A stretch of 61,446 nucleotides of DNA, counting the filler, from Squatina squatina (Eukaryota): assembly GCA_031763465.1 (NCBI GenBank). It is 3 parts of 3 records of this genome, joined end to end, with 100 filler letters (N's around TTAATTAATTAA, not from the genome) between each part and the next. Parts side by side here need not be neighbours in the genome. Positions count along the whole stretch, not along the records: positions 45,403 to 61,446 come from JARFOE010000192.1; 2 more parts are not named here. One strand, written 5' to 3'. The notes under the pieces are model-generated. The model had not been told where the DNA came from. It saw only the letters and a program-made list of their open reading frames with translations, and ran no database searches. Shown here piece after piece: positions 49,931 through 61,446 of the stretch (positions are counted from its first letter, which is position 1; every line of letters begins with the position of its first letter). The position numbers and the translations under genes are program-made.

Positions 49931-51189
49931 NNNNNNNNNNNNNNNNNNNNNNNNNNNNNNNNNNNNNNNNNNNNNNNNNNNNNNNNNNNNNNNNNNNNNN
50001 NNNNNNNNNNNNNNNNNNNNNNNNNNNNNNTTATGAATTGAAGAATTTTTTAATCAATTTCCGAAGGAATAATATAAAATTCCAAAGCAGTTAACTAACC
50101 CACTAATTAGAGAAAGTCTTTCATTTTACCCCCAACAACAATGATGATTACGATTGCAGAAAACTGGATAACAGAGGCTCTTCACAAAGCTAATGGCAGC
50201 TCCATTTTCTGTAGGCTGCCTGACAAGACTGGATCAAATTACACATCGCAGACAAACTGTTGAGTGTGTTTTAGCCTCCAATGGGACCAATCAGAAATCT
50301 GGCCCTACCCACTGGTGTGGCAAATAAATGCTGCTGTAATCTGAGCTCGGTATTTGAATGTCGTGGTGCAGCTCTCTTTTCAATTTCTCACAAAAAAAAT
50401 GATCGTAATGTAGATTAGACAAGTTATTCTAAGAGTAGCTATGGGTTGACACCAGTGTAAATCTGACCCTAAACTGGGTCTCAATGCCTTTCCCAAATCA
50501 GACCTCTGCACTTTGAGTTCCAAACTATGGCAAATTAAATTTGATTTCAAGATCTATCCACCCTCCTTTTGCTAAGACAAGCGAGGCTTTGTGTAGTTTT
50601 AAAAACACATATCCATGGGGTGCAAACTAATAGTCATTCCTCACGAACGCTAATCATGAGATAATAGGCAGCCGTTTAATCAGCAATCTGGTCCACAGGT
50701 AAAATTAACGCATAGTAACGCATTTCGACCTTCTGCCAACCCAGTAACAATAGCACGCCATACAGCCCCTTTAAATATAAGCATGGGCACAATATTGTTT
50801 ATGTTCCAATGTAATTAATCTCTTGTTAAGAAATGGGAAAGAGGCAGTGTGAATGGCTTCAACAATGAGGCCATTTTCAGCACAGTTCCTCAACCGTTCC
50901 CTCAGCTGTGGTATTTTGAACAAACGGCCTTCAGTCTCTTAACAATACCATGATTGCAGCATTTAGCTGTACTGATGGCATTTCCTGTTGCAGCTCATTT
51001 CCCAGTTTGTCGGCTGGGAGCTCTACACTTTAGTGAATCAACCGCTCTTGCAGGTTAGCCCACTTGAAAGGCAGTTTGAACACAGCCTCTTACTCCAGGG
51101 CCCTGTCTGCACTGCAGCTGCAAGTTCACTGATGCTGCAAAGCAGCCCTGATTCACTGAAATATTTATATATCTATAACGAAATTCATT

Positions 51190-51883
51190 TGCCATTGACA
51201 AACTTTCAGAGTGGGTGTAAATGTCTTCTTGTACATTCCTCAGTATTAACTATACCTACCAGTTTGGTGTCATCCACAAATTTTGGTATAGTACTTATGA
51301 TTCCCAAGTCCAAATAATTTCTATAAAAGGGTGAGCAACAGTGGTCCCAGCACCAGTCCCTGTGGAATACCACTTCCCTCCTTCCACCAGACTGAGTCAC
51401 TACCTTTAAGCTATACTCTGTTTTCTATTTTGTGGCCAGTTTGCTATCCATTCTTCCACTTGTCCCCAGACTCCACACATGCTCTGACCTTAATCATGAG
51501 CAAAGTTTCCTTTAATTTTTTTCCTCCTGCACGGGCCCTTTAAATGTTCTGCATGGCAGCGCATGCGCGGTATCACATCCAGTGGCAGCAGCTGGTGAGT
51601 GGCCTGCGCTGGCACCTTTGGGAGAGCACTGGTCATGAGTCTACTATGCAGCACCTTATCGAAGGCCTTTAAAAGTTCATGTATGTGATATCCATTGCAT
51701 TAACCTTGAATAATCTGTTACTTCTTCAAAGAATTCAGTAACCTTGGTCACAGTATAAACCTTCCTTTTGAAATCCTTGCCGACTATTCTTTATTATACC
51801 ATCGGTTTCTGGATGTTTTTCTATAACTTCTTCGAGCAAAGATTTCAAAATCATGTGTCTATTGAATACTTTACTATTTTTAT
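51190..51883 (-). mobile_element. CR1 RT fragment carrying a nested MITE
   Basis: PKFVDDTKLVGIVN and G.PQG.VLGP-type motifs; the sequence resumes after the insert at 51501-51631. Confidence 0.8.
51501..51631. mobile_element. 131-bp hAT-type MITE with 8-bp TSD
   Basis: TSD ATCATGAG (51493-51500) and GTCATGAG (51632-51639); degenerate CA.TGTTCCCTCTAA-type termini; a related left end lies near 52691. Confidence 0.7.
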
Positions 51884-54800
51884 NNNNNNNNNNNNNNNNN
51901 NNNNNNNNNNNNNNNNNNNNNNNNNNNNNNNNNNNNNNNNNNNNNNNNNNNNNNNNNNNNNNNNNNNNNNNNNNNNNNNNNNNCTTTGAATCTTTTTACG
52001 AATGCCCTACTATTGGCTTATTTCAAAGTTTTGTGTGTTTAAATTCCTGTAGCTACGATTTCCTCAAAGATTCTGACAGATAATCAGTCTTTAGAAATGC
52101 TGATAACCAAGATTCCATTTTATTTTCTGCCCTTAAACACTAGGTCCATTGCTGATAGTTTCCTCACTGGTGGAGTCCATTTCGAACTCACCCTGCCCCT
52201 TCCTCAGCCCCTCCTCCAGCCAGCACCATTTCGGGCACTTTCCATACTTCACTTGACCTGAAGTAGCCCAGTTCACTCTCAAAGTTCCTGTATTTTGCAC
52301 GAGAATGCATCTCTATCTTTTAACATAAAATGAGAGATTTCCTTACTCTAGTGAGATTTACAGGCTTCAAGTTCTTTCTGGTCATATTCACTTGTATGTT
52401 TTAGCTCAGAGGGCACGAAAGGTTTTACACTTGAGTGGTATGGAAAAGATTATGGGCTGTGTAACTGTTCCGAATCAGTCTGAGGGGCAGCTCCACTCTG
52501 AGACTTGTAGACACTGCTACTGCAGTGTTTTTTGATTGAATGTTGCCTATTACTGAAGTGCTATCCTGCAGCATGTCCCCATGATTTTTATCTTACTGTA
52601 AATTGACAAATTGCACTGCATTTTGTTCTTTGAGAGGGGCAGCTGTGTTCTTGTATTTGCCAAGTGAGAGGCGATGAGAAGCAGTGCCTGCTAATGTTCC
52701 CTCTAATTTTTATTTTTTGTACACGGTACCTTTAAAATATGCTGCACAGCACAGACTACCTGGAGGAGACTCCATCAGCATTACTGCACTGTCCTCTCAT
52801 CTCTGTAAATGTCTTTATACACGGTAGCAGCCAGCAGCATTCTATCTTATCTGCAGTTAATAAATAAGTAAATCATGGAATAATTCCATTCCGCTAGAAT
52901 GGAGCTATTAATGCAATACATCATTATCGGGTCATGTAATGGGTAGCTGCCACAAGACCAGGAGAAATGCTGCGATGATTTGACAGATGCAGAGGCTGTT
53001 GGAGCAGAGTGAATGTGCCTTTTATTACTGTAAAGCCCTTGGTGCCACATGGCAGCACACATGGAAAAATACATCACTCCTGTCCGCTGAATGCAAGCTG
53101 CAGTGAGGAGATTAGGCTGCAACAGATGCCCGTAAGATGCTTTACAGGCCTTCCAGACTGGCCACTCCACACTCGCTTAATAACATAAAACAGCCTTCAG
53201 AATTAGGCTGTTAGTGAATGAAACTATTTGAGTCCAGATGATCTCTTCCCCTCTGCCCCCACTCCCACTTTTAGCCCTCCCCCTACATGCCTGAGCCAGC
53301 AGTCTTGGGAGTGTTACTGGTGCTGCCGGCAGCTTTCAGCCACCAGCCTCCAGAGACAGGATGCTGCGACAGTTAGATTTCAGAATGCTGCTTCTTCAGA
53401 CCGCACAACTTGGAGAAAAGCTCTCCATCATTTCTCAGTTAATCAACAATCATGATTAGAAGTTGAGAGATGTTGAATATAGTCACAACTTTTTACTATC
53501 ATTGTGTGCAAGGTCATCATGAAGTTCAGAAATGTGGACGATCAAAGATTATTGTGCAAATTGGAGTTGGCTACAATCTTTTCTATTTTTCATCACAAAG
53601 GATTCCTCACGGACAGTGAGCCCACATTTACAAAATCAAGCTCTATCTGACAAATTTAACAAAGGTCTTTGAGTAAAGAACAGAATGTTTCAATAAAGGA
53701 AATGCAGTNNNNNNNNNNNNNNNNNNNNNNNNNNNNNNNNNNNNNNNNNNNNNNNNNNNNNNNNNNNNNNNNNNNNNNNNNNNNNNNNNNNNNNNNNNNN
53801 NNNNNNNNGTGCACATAATATCTATGCATCCATTTCTCCTTAAAGGCAAGCACCTTAGAAGTTCCAAGGTGAGCAGTATCATTCTATTGCTAAAATCAGA
53901 ATCACTGCCATCAAATTATTTTGAAACGAAGAAGCTTACAGCAATAAGCTCCTATCACTTTTCCTCTATATATGTGTGTATGCGGTGGGCAGAGAACGAG
54001 AGAGCAGTGGTTAATCCTGACCAGGTAATCGATGAAGGAAAATCTCAGTCGGGCGATGAGGGAGCAGTCGGCTGCAATGAAGGAGCAATAGGCCTCATTG
54101 GCCAATGTTCTCTGTATCAATCCCACCTGATTCCAGACAGGATTGAAAGGAGAATTCCCCCTGATTTGCCTTTTACAAATCCATGCTGACTGTGCTTAAT
54201 TAAGCCATGGCTTCTAGGTGAGTGTTAATTTTGACGATAGCTCCTTTGAGCATTTAATGTTCTTTGAAACTTTCCAAACATCCTGTATTTACATAATGTA
54301 CAATGCTGACTTCAATCAGTAATAATATGCAGGAAATAAATGTTGGCTGCAATCCAAAGCCACGCTGAATTAATTCGGTTCAAGAAAAATCACAGTAAGA
54401 ATGCTAGTGGCAGGTGGGGGGTGGGTATTGTGTTAATTTTAATACTAAATACCAGTATTTAGAAGGCAGAAGTGGAAAATAAATATATATTTCCTGAGAG
54501 AAATGGTGAAGTCATGTGAGCTGCTTGGCCAAGATGGCTTCCAGTGGTGTTGCATCCTCAGATTGGGTAATCTGTTGCANNNNNNNNNNNNNNNNNNNNN
54601 NNNNNNNNNNNNNNNNNNNNNNNNNNNNNNNNNNNNNNNNNNNNNNNNNNNNNNNNNNNNNNNNNNNNNNNNNNNNNNNCTATGACTGTCAGTAGAATTA
54701 TTTGACCATAAGGTCCATCACACCTGTCCCAAACTGTTGAAGTTACCTTTGTGGATGCATAAAAAGGGAACTGGTTGGTTATGTGTTCATTTAACAAACT

Positions 54801-55184
54801 TTGATACTGTGGAAGACAGGCACTGTTCCAACAAAATGCCCTCAACATGAACCATTAACCCTACCTTCTCTCCACAGATGCTGACTCACTGGCTGAGCAT
54901 TTCCAACATTTTCTGTTTTTCCGATTTCCAGCATTTGCACCATTATTACATTTGCATATACTTAATTGAATCACATAATATTCAGCTTGTGAGTGAGACG
55001 AACTTTGAAACAGAGAAGGGTGACTTGTATGTTCTTAGATGCTGGTAATATGCATCTCTGCATCAACCAGGTTATTTTTTTTTTTGTTTTCCATCCAGCT
55101 GATAAATGCTGAATCTTTTTAGACTTGCTAAGTTAATCTGATCCAGCCTGTCTCATTTTGTTTCAGCAAGTTTTCTGTTTGGCA

Positions 55185-55347
55185 ATGTCTGAATCCAGCA
55201 CTGATGAATCAAACAGAAGGGAACCATTAGCTTCATATGTTGGTCGTAGAATCACCCCCTCCAATGACTCCAATGCTGAAGAGAATCCAGTACCTGACTT
55301 TCAGCACTTCGGCGGGCTGAGACCCAGAGGACCAGTCAACCTGGAAG
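55185..55347 (+). CDS. F13A1: Coagulation factor XIII A chain (or F13A1-like paralog), first coding exon with the activation peptide
   Basis: MSESS...YVGRRITPSNDSNAEENPVPDFQHFGGLRPR|GPVNLE aligns with human [36 protein letters not shown]; acceptor AG at 55165-55166, 18 nt before the ATG; phase-1 GT donor at 55348; lies between RREB1 and NRN1 as in human. Confidence 0.88.
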
Positions 55348-55367
55348 GTACTTGGCAAAGGTCTTTC

Positions 55368-55775
55368 AAGGAGAAGCTGGGGTTGTTCTCCTTTGGGCAG
55401 AGAAGTTTAAGGGGAGATTTGATAGAGATGTTCAAAATAATGAAGCGCTTTGATAAAGTAAGTAAGGAGAAGCTGTAACCAGAAAGCACAGATTTAAGGT
55501 AACTGGCAAAAGAACCAGTGGCGACATGAGGAAAAATAAAATTATGAAGCAAATTGTTATGATCTGGAATGCACTGCCTGAAAGGGTGGTGGAAACAGAT
55601 TCAATAATAACTTTCAAAAGGTGAGTTGGATAAATGGTTGAAGGGGAAGAATTATCAGGGCTATGGGGAAAGAACAGGAGTGGGACTAATTGGATAGCTC
55701 TTTCAAAGAGCCGCCACAGGCATGATGGGCAGAATGGCCTTATTCTGTTCTCTTTCATTCTATGATTCTATGATA
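55368..55775 (+). mobile_element. CR1 LINE 3' end with (ATTCTATG)n tail
   Basis: EKLGLFS..LRGDLIEMFKIMK and WNALP motifs plus the tail repeats. Confidence 0.9.
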
Positions 55776-55792
55776 CCTATTATAAGGTTCAT

Positions 55793-55962
55793 GGCGTAGA
55801 TTTTGAATTTGTGCGATAGTGTAAAAAGGGTGATAGTGAGTTGGCAGCATGTTTTACAAGTCTCCCAATTTTTATTTCCATTGACTTTCAGAGAGATGTA
55901 AAATGGGCTGCTGATTTGTTGTCACCCATTTTACATTATTTCACAAAGTTGAAATCTTCCCC
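55793..55962. mobile_element. Fold-back (palindromic) MITE
   Basis: Imperfect inverted arms of about 65 nt (gatttt..tttgtg..tgtaaaa.gggtga..gcagc..ttttaca) around a central ccattgactt. Confidence 0.7.
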
Positions 55963-57131
55963 TATCAGTTATCAGGTCAGGGTTAGATAGTTGAATCTTT
56001 TTAACTTGGAAATTTTCAACTTGAGGGGATATGATTGAGGTCTTTAAACTTACGAAAGGATTCGATTCTGTCCACGTTGATAGGTCACCTGAGCTCGTTA
56101 GGCAGGGAGGAACTTGGAGGCAGCAGTGCAAGTTACAAAAGGAAATTACTATTTGCAGAACGTCATAGAACTCTGGAATAATTTGTCAGCAAGAGTTTAA
56201 AAGAGCCCTTGTTATCGAAGGAAGGTGGGTTAAGAGGGATTGTGGTACATTACCATGGTTTCCTGCAGCTTTCTTCATTGCTTGTGGGGGTTAGAGAAGA
56301 ACTTCTCAGAGTTTTTTCTAAACTGGCCTATGTTGTTTTCTGTTTTTTTGTTTCACTGAAGTCTTTNNNNNNNNNNNNNNNNNNNNNNNNNNNNNNNNNN
56401 NNNNNNNNNNNNNNNNNNNNNNNNNNNNNNNNNNNNNNNNNNNNNNNNNNNNNNNNNNNNNNNNNNCCTCCTTCTGTGCTGTAAATTTCTATGATTCGAT
56501 GACTAAGATGATGACTTCAACTGCTGTAATTTGACTGTTGAGACTAATGCGATTAAGTACGCATGACTGAAAAGTATACTAGGCACGGTAAATTAGGTCA
56601 GCCATTAATATTGATTAGAAAGAGAGACATGTCAGTTGTGTCTCTGGCTCTGCATGACCATGCTTGCCAGAGTAGACAGGCGAGGCAGAGCCACGTCAAA
56701 AGGCAATTACACTATAGCTGATGAAGAATGTAGCACTGAGGCTGGCCATACCCAACCGCAACAGAGTGCTTGTTAATACTAGAAACACTTCACAATGCGA
56801 GACAGTGATTAAAGATTGGTGCATCTTTTTGATCCTGATAAGCATGAACCTGTTTTCATATTGCCAATTTAATATGTCACTGAGGCTATCTATCACAGTC
56901 ACTGGTGCATCTAGGTTAAAGATGCCTTTAAGTGGCAAAGGTAGCAACCAGGTCAGAAAGTGGCAGAAGCGCAGAGAGACATGAAATAGTAAGATAGATG
57001 TGAAGCAGAGGCAGGGAAATGTCTGAAGTGGNNNNNNNNNNNNNNNNNNNNNNNNNNNNNNNNNNNNNNNNNNNNNNNNNNNNNNNNNNNNNNNNNNNNN
57101 NNNNNNNNNNNNNNNNNNNNNNNNNNNNNNN

Positions 57132-57523
57132 AGACTTGAGCACATAAACCAAGGTTGATGCTCAAGTGCAGTGCTGAGGGAGTGCTGCACTGTCAGAGGT
57201 GCCGTCTTTCAGATGAGATGTTAAACCAAGGCTGCTCTCTCAGGTGGATGCAGAAGGTTCCATGGCACTATTTTGAAGACGAGCAGGGGAGTTATCCTTG
57301 GCGTCTTGGCCAATATTTATCCATCAATTAACATAACAAAAACAGATTATCTGGTCATTATCACATTGCTGTTTGTGGGAGCTTGCTGTGCGCGAGTTGG
57401 CTGCCGTGTTTCCAACATTACAACAGTGACTGCACTCCAAACGTACTTCATTGGCTGTAAGGTGTGTTGGGACGCCTGGTGTTTGGGAAAGGTGCTATAT
57501 AAATGCAAGTCTTTCTTTCTTTC
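57132..57523 (+). mobile_element. Deu-domain SINE (well preserved)
   Basis: Full body and tail ending tatataaatgcaagtctttctttcttt. Confidence 0.85.
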
Positions 57524-57591
57524 TGTAATTATTGCCTGAAATAGCCAGCATGTTAATCTGTTCTAAGTGGCGCCTTTGTAATTGACTCCGA

Positions 57592-57830
57592 GAATCATAG
57601 AATAGTACAGTGCAGAGGGAGGCCACTCAGCCCGTCGAGCCTATGCCGGCTCCTCTGAAGTGCAATCCAGTCAGTCCCATTCCCCGGCTCTTTCCCCATC
57701 TTCCTACAAGTTTTTCTCCTCAAGTATTTATTCAATTCCCTTTTGAAGGCTGCGATTGAATCTGTATCCACCACCCTATCAGGAAGTGCATTCCAAATAC
57801 TAACCACTCGCTACATACAGAGTTTTTTCC
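57592..57830 (-). mobile_element. CR1 3' end
   Basis: Encodes VVSIWNALPDRVVDTDSIAAFKRELNKYL, followed by the 3' UTR. Confidence 0.85.
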
Positions 57831-58989
57831 TCCTGGTTTTCAGGGTAATGGGAAATGGTTAGTGCCATGCGCCCGATATGGGAGGCTGCCGACGATAAGC
57901 GTGGATGATGTAAGTGCTGGAGACTGTAATGGAAATTCAGGCATCCACTGCCCAAAGTTTTCAGACCATTTATGGCAGGTGGCTTCCCGCCAGTAGTGCA
58001 AAGTTGGAGATTTGTACCCAAAACTTTTAATGGCATAAATTGGCTGCAACTTCCTATTTATCTTCAGTTGACTGCTTTCGTATTCTTGTTTTGACTTTGT
58101 ATCAAAAATCATTATAAATGGAAAGATTTTTAAAACAGTGAATTGTTGCAGAGGGTGAAATGCCCTTAGGGTTCAGCTCTCCTTTCCACTTGTATGGAAA
58201 CCCAGTTTTATTTTATTGCATGATCACTTTTTTCAAAATACGTTCTGCCGTGAAATATGTGTCCATCAAGTTACAGTGCCAGGATAGCTTTTTCCAGAAT
58301 GCTTCTCACAGCCGCAGTTCTTTTCAGCTGGTATTTGTAGGCCTAATTCATAACTGATGTGCAAAAACAAAAGTCATTTCTGTTGATATATATGAGACTT
58401 CACAACAGCACATTTTCAATAGTTCAGGAAACCATCTTATAGTGCTTAGCTTGCACAGCTGATGTGTTCTAATCCAGAGACCATTCTCTGATGGATTGTT
58501 GAAATGTTGCTTTGCTTTGGTGACAGACCCAGCAAGATATTTCCCCCGGGAGTGAGTGAGCTTTATGAAACAACTATTGCAGCTAAAATGGTTCTAATAA
58601 GCAGCGAGAATTATCTTTGAACAACAAAAATGCGATGTTTGCCAAACATGTGATTCTTGTGCACCAGGAACATTTCAAATGCAACCTCCAGAGTAACATT
58701 TATATAAAACAAAATACTGAATTGGGTTCAGCTTCAAACATGTGCTGTGTATATCACCTTATTACTGCGCTCATTTCAAAGCAGTTAAAACATCTGATAC
58801 AGATGCATTTTTATTTCCTCATAAATAGAAAGTCAGTCGTATACCCTTTGAAGAAACAGTAGAGTGTAGAATGATTACCTTAAGCATTTCTGCTGCTAAG
58901 CGCTCAAACGCTTCCAAGGTAAGCTATTCTCATCAAAGTTGTTGATGTAATCTTTGGCCTGCTGAAAATCTACTTTGTATAAATCCATA

Positions 58990-59226
58990 CGGGCAGGGCT
59001 TGTGAATTGAGAAAAATCAACGTGTAGCCCGAGAAATTCGGCCGGGGAGTGTCCGTTTTTCGGGCCACCTAAGCCCCCAATATGGCGGACAGGAAACGCA
59101 AGCACATTCAGGCTGATAGTGCGCCGCCTGCCATGTTGGTTAAGGTAGTTTAAGGTAGTTGGTTAAGGTAAGATGGCATCGGGAGCACACCTCGGCAACA
59201 TTCAACGGAGGAAATAAATTATTTGA
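58990..59226. mobile_element. GC-rich Harbinger-type element, left part
   Basis: gcccgagaaattcggc start and cgcctgccatgttggttaaggtag motif; CpG-rich against an AT-rich background. Confidence 0.45.
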
Positions 59227-59327
59227 NNNNNNNNNNNNNNNNNNNNNNNNNNNNNNNNNNNNNNNNNNNNNNNNNNNNNNNNNNNNNNNNNNNNNNNNNN
59301 NNNNNNNNNNNNNNNNNNNNNNNNNNA

Positions 59328-59555
59328 TCAGGAAAAGAAGAATAAGCTGGGTCTATTTACTCTTGAAAAAAGAAGTTAAAATTATGAGCAGTTTTGATCA
59401 GTGTGGATATAGAGAGAATCCTCCCACTTGTGGGGAAGAACGTAACTAGAGGTCATCAATAGTTACCAAGAAATCTAATAAGGAATTCTGAGAAACTTCT
59501 TTACCCAGGGAGTGGTGAGAATATGGAACTCGCTACCACAGGGAGTGGTTGAAGC
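59328..59555 (+). mobile_element. CR1 3' fragment
   Basis: Same subfamily as 10190-10902 (gaaacttctttacccag..gtggtgagaatatggaactcgctaccacaggg). Confidence 0.8.
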
Positions 59556-60299
59556 CTGTTATCTGAGCATATGCTGTAATGTTCATCCTCATCTCCTGCC
59601 CATTCTCAGAAGAGAGGATGGACTTCAGCTGGGGGTGAAATAAAGAGACAATTGAACAGAAGTCTATTTAATGACCTTCTGCCCTCCTTACGGTGTCTCA
59701 GCAGAGTAAACTTGGACCTCCAACATTCCAGCCAATGACTGTTGCCACCACAAACATGTTGAATGGACTAGTGATTGCAGGGTTAGTATCAACACAAGGT
59801 TGACTGTGTTCGAATAGCTCCAGTTGTCCACTAGTGTCGAGCTGTTGGCTTCTGATAACCCAAAACTTTGAACAGTAGTTACTGAAACATGGACCTCTAA
59901 TGCAGCCAGCGTTTGACTATTACAGGGTGTTCTATTCAATAATACTTGTGCTTGGCGTTCTCTTGTTCATATCACATGTCTCTGTAACTGTGCAATTACC
60001 TGTATTAGCCAAATACAGCGCTCTGAATAACATAACCAATCTTGTTCATTTTGTCTGCTACCTGGGAAGTGGCTTTTCACTTGGAGTGAATCGTGAGACA
60101 TTACTGAACCTCAAGCAATGGGGGTTTGGATGACAGGACCATGTCTTTGTAGNNNNNNNNNNNNNNNNNNNNNNNNNNNNNNNNNNNNNNNNNNNNNNNN
60201 NNNNNNNNNNNNNNNNNNNNNNNNNNNNNNNNNNNNNNNNNNNNNNNNNNNNGCTATGGCGACCGCCCGCACCCGAACAGGTACAGAAAATTCTGGCAA

Positions 60300-60628
60300 G
60301 AGAGAGCATTTCCACTTGTGGGAAAGAGCAAAAACTAGAGGCCATCAATTTAAGATAGTCACCAAGAAAGAAAATAGGGAATTCAAAAGAAACTTCGTTA
60401 CCCAGAGAGTGCTGGGAATGTAGATCTCGCTACCACAGGGAGTGGTTGAGGCAAATAGTATAGATGCATTTAAGGGAAGGCGAGACAAGCATATGAGGGA
60501 GAAAGGAATAGAGGATTATGCTGTTAGAGTTAGTTGAGGGAGGATGGGAGGAGGCTCAACTGGAGCATAAACGCCAGCCAGCTGAATAGCCTGTTTCTGT
60601 GCTGTATTTTCCATGTAATTCTATGTAA
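60300..60628 (+). mobile_element. CR1 3' end
   Basis: Encodes TRGHQFKIVTKK.NREFKRNFVTQRV, followed by the 3' UTR ending in aattctatgtaa. Confidence 0.85.
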
Positions 60629-60862
60629 AACTTCTTTATTACAATTGTCCACAGTTGAATGTTGCCCATGTTTCCTTTTCTTTGAAAATAGCACCTACAA
60701 TCATCTTACTCTAGTTAAAGAAACAAAATCTTGCATTTATATGGCACCTTTCACAACCTCAGNNNNNNNNNNNNNNNNNNNNNNNNNNNNNNNNNNNNNN
60801 NNNNNNNNNNNNNNNNNNNNNNNNNNNNNNNNNNNNNNNNNNNNNNNNNNNNNNNNNNNNNN

Positions 60863-61123
60863 AAAAGGCGCGTCTTCTGTGCGCTACCCCAGTAGGATTC
60901 AGTCAATGTAGCCCATACGTCAGGAGTGTGCGTGGCCTGCGAGGCTGAGTTTACCCTCCCCCTTCCCACTCGGGCAGGGAGTGAACCATTGCAATCCAGC
61001 TCTACTGTGCTATGGCTGCGAGCTCTAACTTGTTGGCAATGTGCGATGTCCGGCCTTTTCCCACATTTTCACAGATAACCATTTGAAACGCGTTCAGCCT
61101 CCAATGATTCTGCTCAGTATAGG
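60863..61123 (+). promoter_or_regulatory. CpG-rich promoter/5' UTR of the neuritin gene
   Basis: CRE half-site ACGTCA (60917-60922) and EGR-like GCGTGGCC (60930-60937) in CpG-rich DNA upstream of ATG 61124. Confidence 0.55.
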
Positions 61124-61178
61124 ATGGGACTTACGTTGAACGGAGTGTACTTTGCACTTATTCTTGCTGTACAGCTCG
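61124..61178 (+). CDS. NRN1: Neuritin (CPG15) family gene, exon 1 (signal peptide)
   Basis: 55-nt phase-1 exon MGLTLNGVYFALILAVQL with donor GTGAGT, versus human MGLKLNGRYISLILAVQI; downstream of and co-oriented with F13A1 as in human. Confidence 0.88.
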
Positions 61179-61446
61179 GTGAGTATCTAAACAAATAATA
61201 ATTGATGTATTCATTTCTGTGCAGCAGATGCAACCTTAATGGTTTGATGGTGTGCCCTGACCCTGACCGCGAAAGTATACACAGCATCGAAATTTCGCGT
61301 GCACGCTACCTCTGTCGTATTTCACATCGAACCCCATGTTTCATGCAAGGTACGGTCAGATTGGTCTCAAAGCCCGTTCACCTACCGGCGGTGCAAGCTT
61401 CTGATACAGGGGACAGAAAAGCCAGCGCTCTCGTTCATTAGCCCTT

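Noticed and set aside
52847-53170. Minus-strand ORF starting EWPVWKAC as an LY86 (MD-1) exon
   Set aside because: Position and strand fit, but there is no signal peptide, no Y.SCDP motif and no matching splice donor.
61202-61441. ORF with a GT donor near 61350 as neuritin exon 2 or an F13A1 exon
   Set aside because: No frame matches neuritin (A.GKCDAVFKGFSDC) or a transglutaminase; treated as intron 1.

Overview
This is gapped vertebrate genomic DNA, almost certainly from a cartilaginous fish (inferred from the RAG1/RAG2 sequences and a shark-type SINE/CR1/Harbinger/Penelope repeat landscape). It is not one locus. Two artificial 100-nt spacers (44 N + TTAATTAATTAA + 44 N, at 19398-19497 and 45303-45402) join three scaffolds, and many unsized 100-N gaps hide sequence inside each. 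Block 1 (1-19397) holds COG6 exons 1-2 (-) head-to-head with the first coding exon of LHFPL6 (+). Block 2 (19498-45302) holds the KBTBD4 BTB/BACK exon (-), NDUFS3 exons 4-7 (+), RAG1 (+, 5' part in a gap) convergent with a complete RAG2 ORF (-), then about 14 kb of RAG2 upstream or intronic DNA. Block 3 (45403-61446) holds a large RREB1-family zinc-finger exon (-), the activation-peptide exon of a coagulation factor XIII A chain (+) and exon 1 of a neuritin gene (+). The most notable observations are: the RAG locus lying next to KBTBD4-NDUFS3; an RREB1/F13A1/NRN1 cluster that may be a paralogous (ohnolog) block, with an extra zinc finger and a longer F13A activation peptide; a Penelope-type repeat with an intact-looking minimal hammerhead ribozyme core between direct repeats; extra CDK sites in the RAG2 tail; and an oddly substituted NDUFS3 exon. 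Nothing here can be established as a new biological system from sequence alone. Homology calls come from recalled protein sequences, not database searches.
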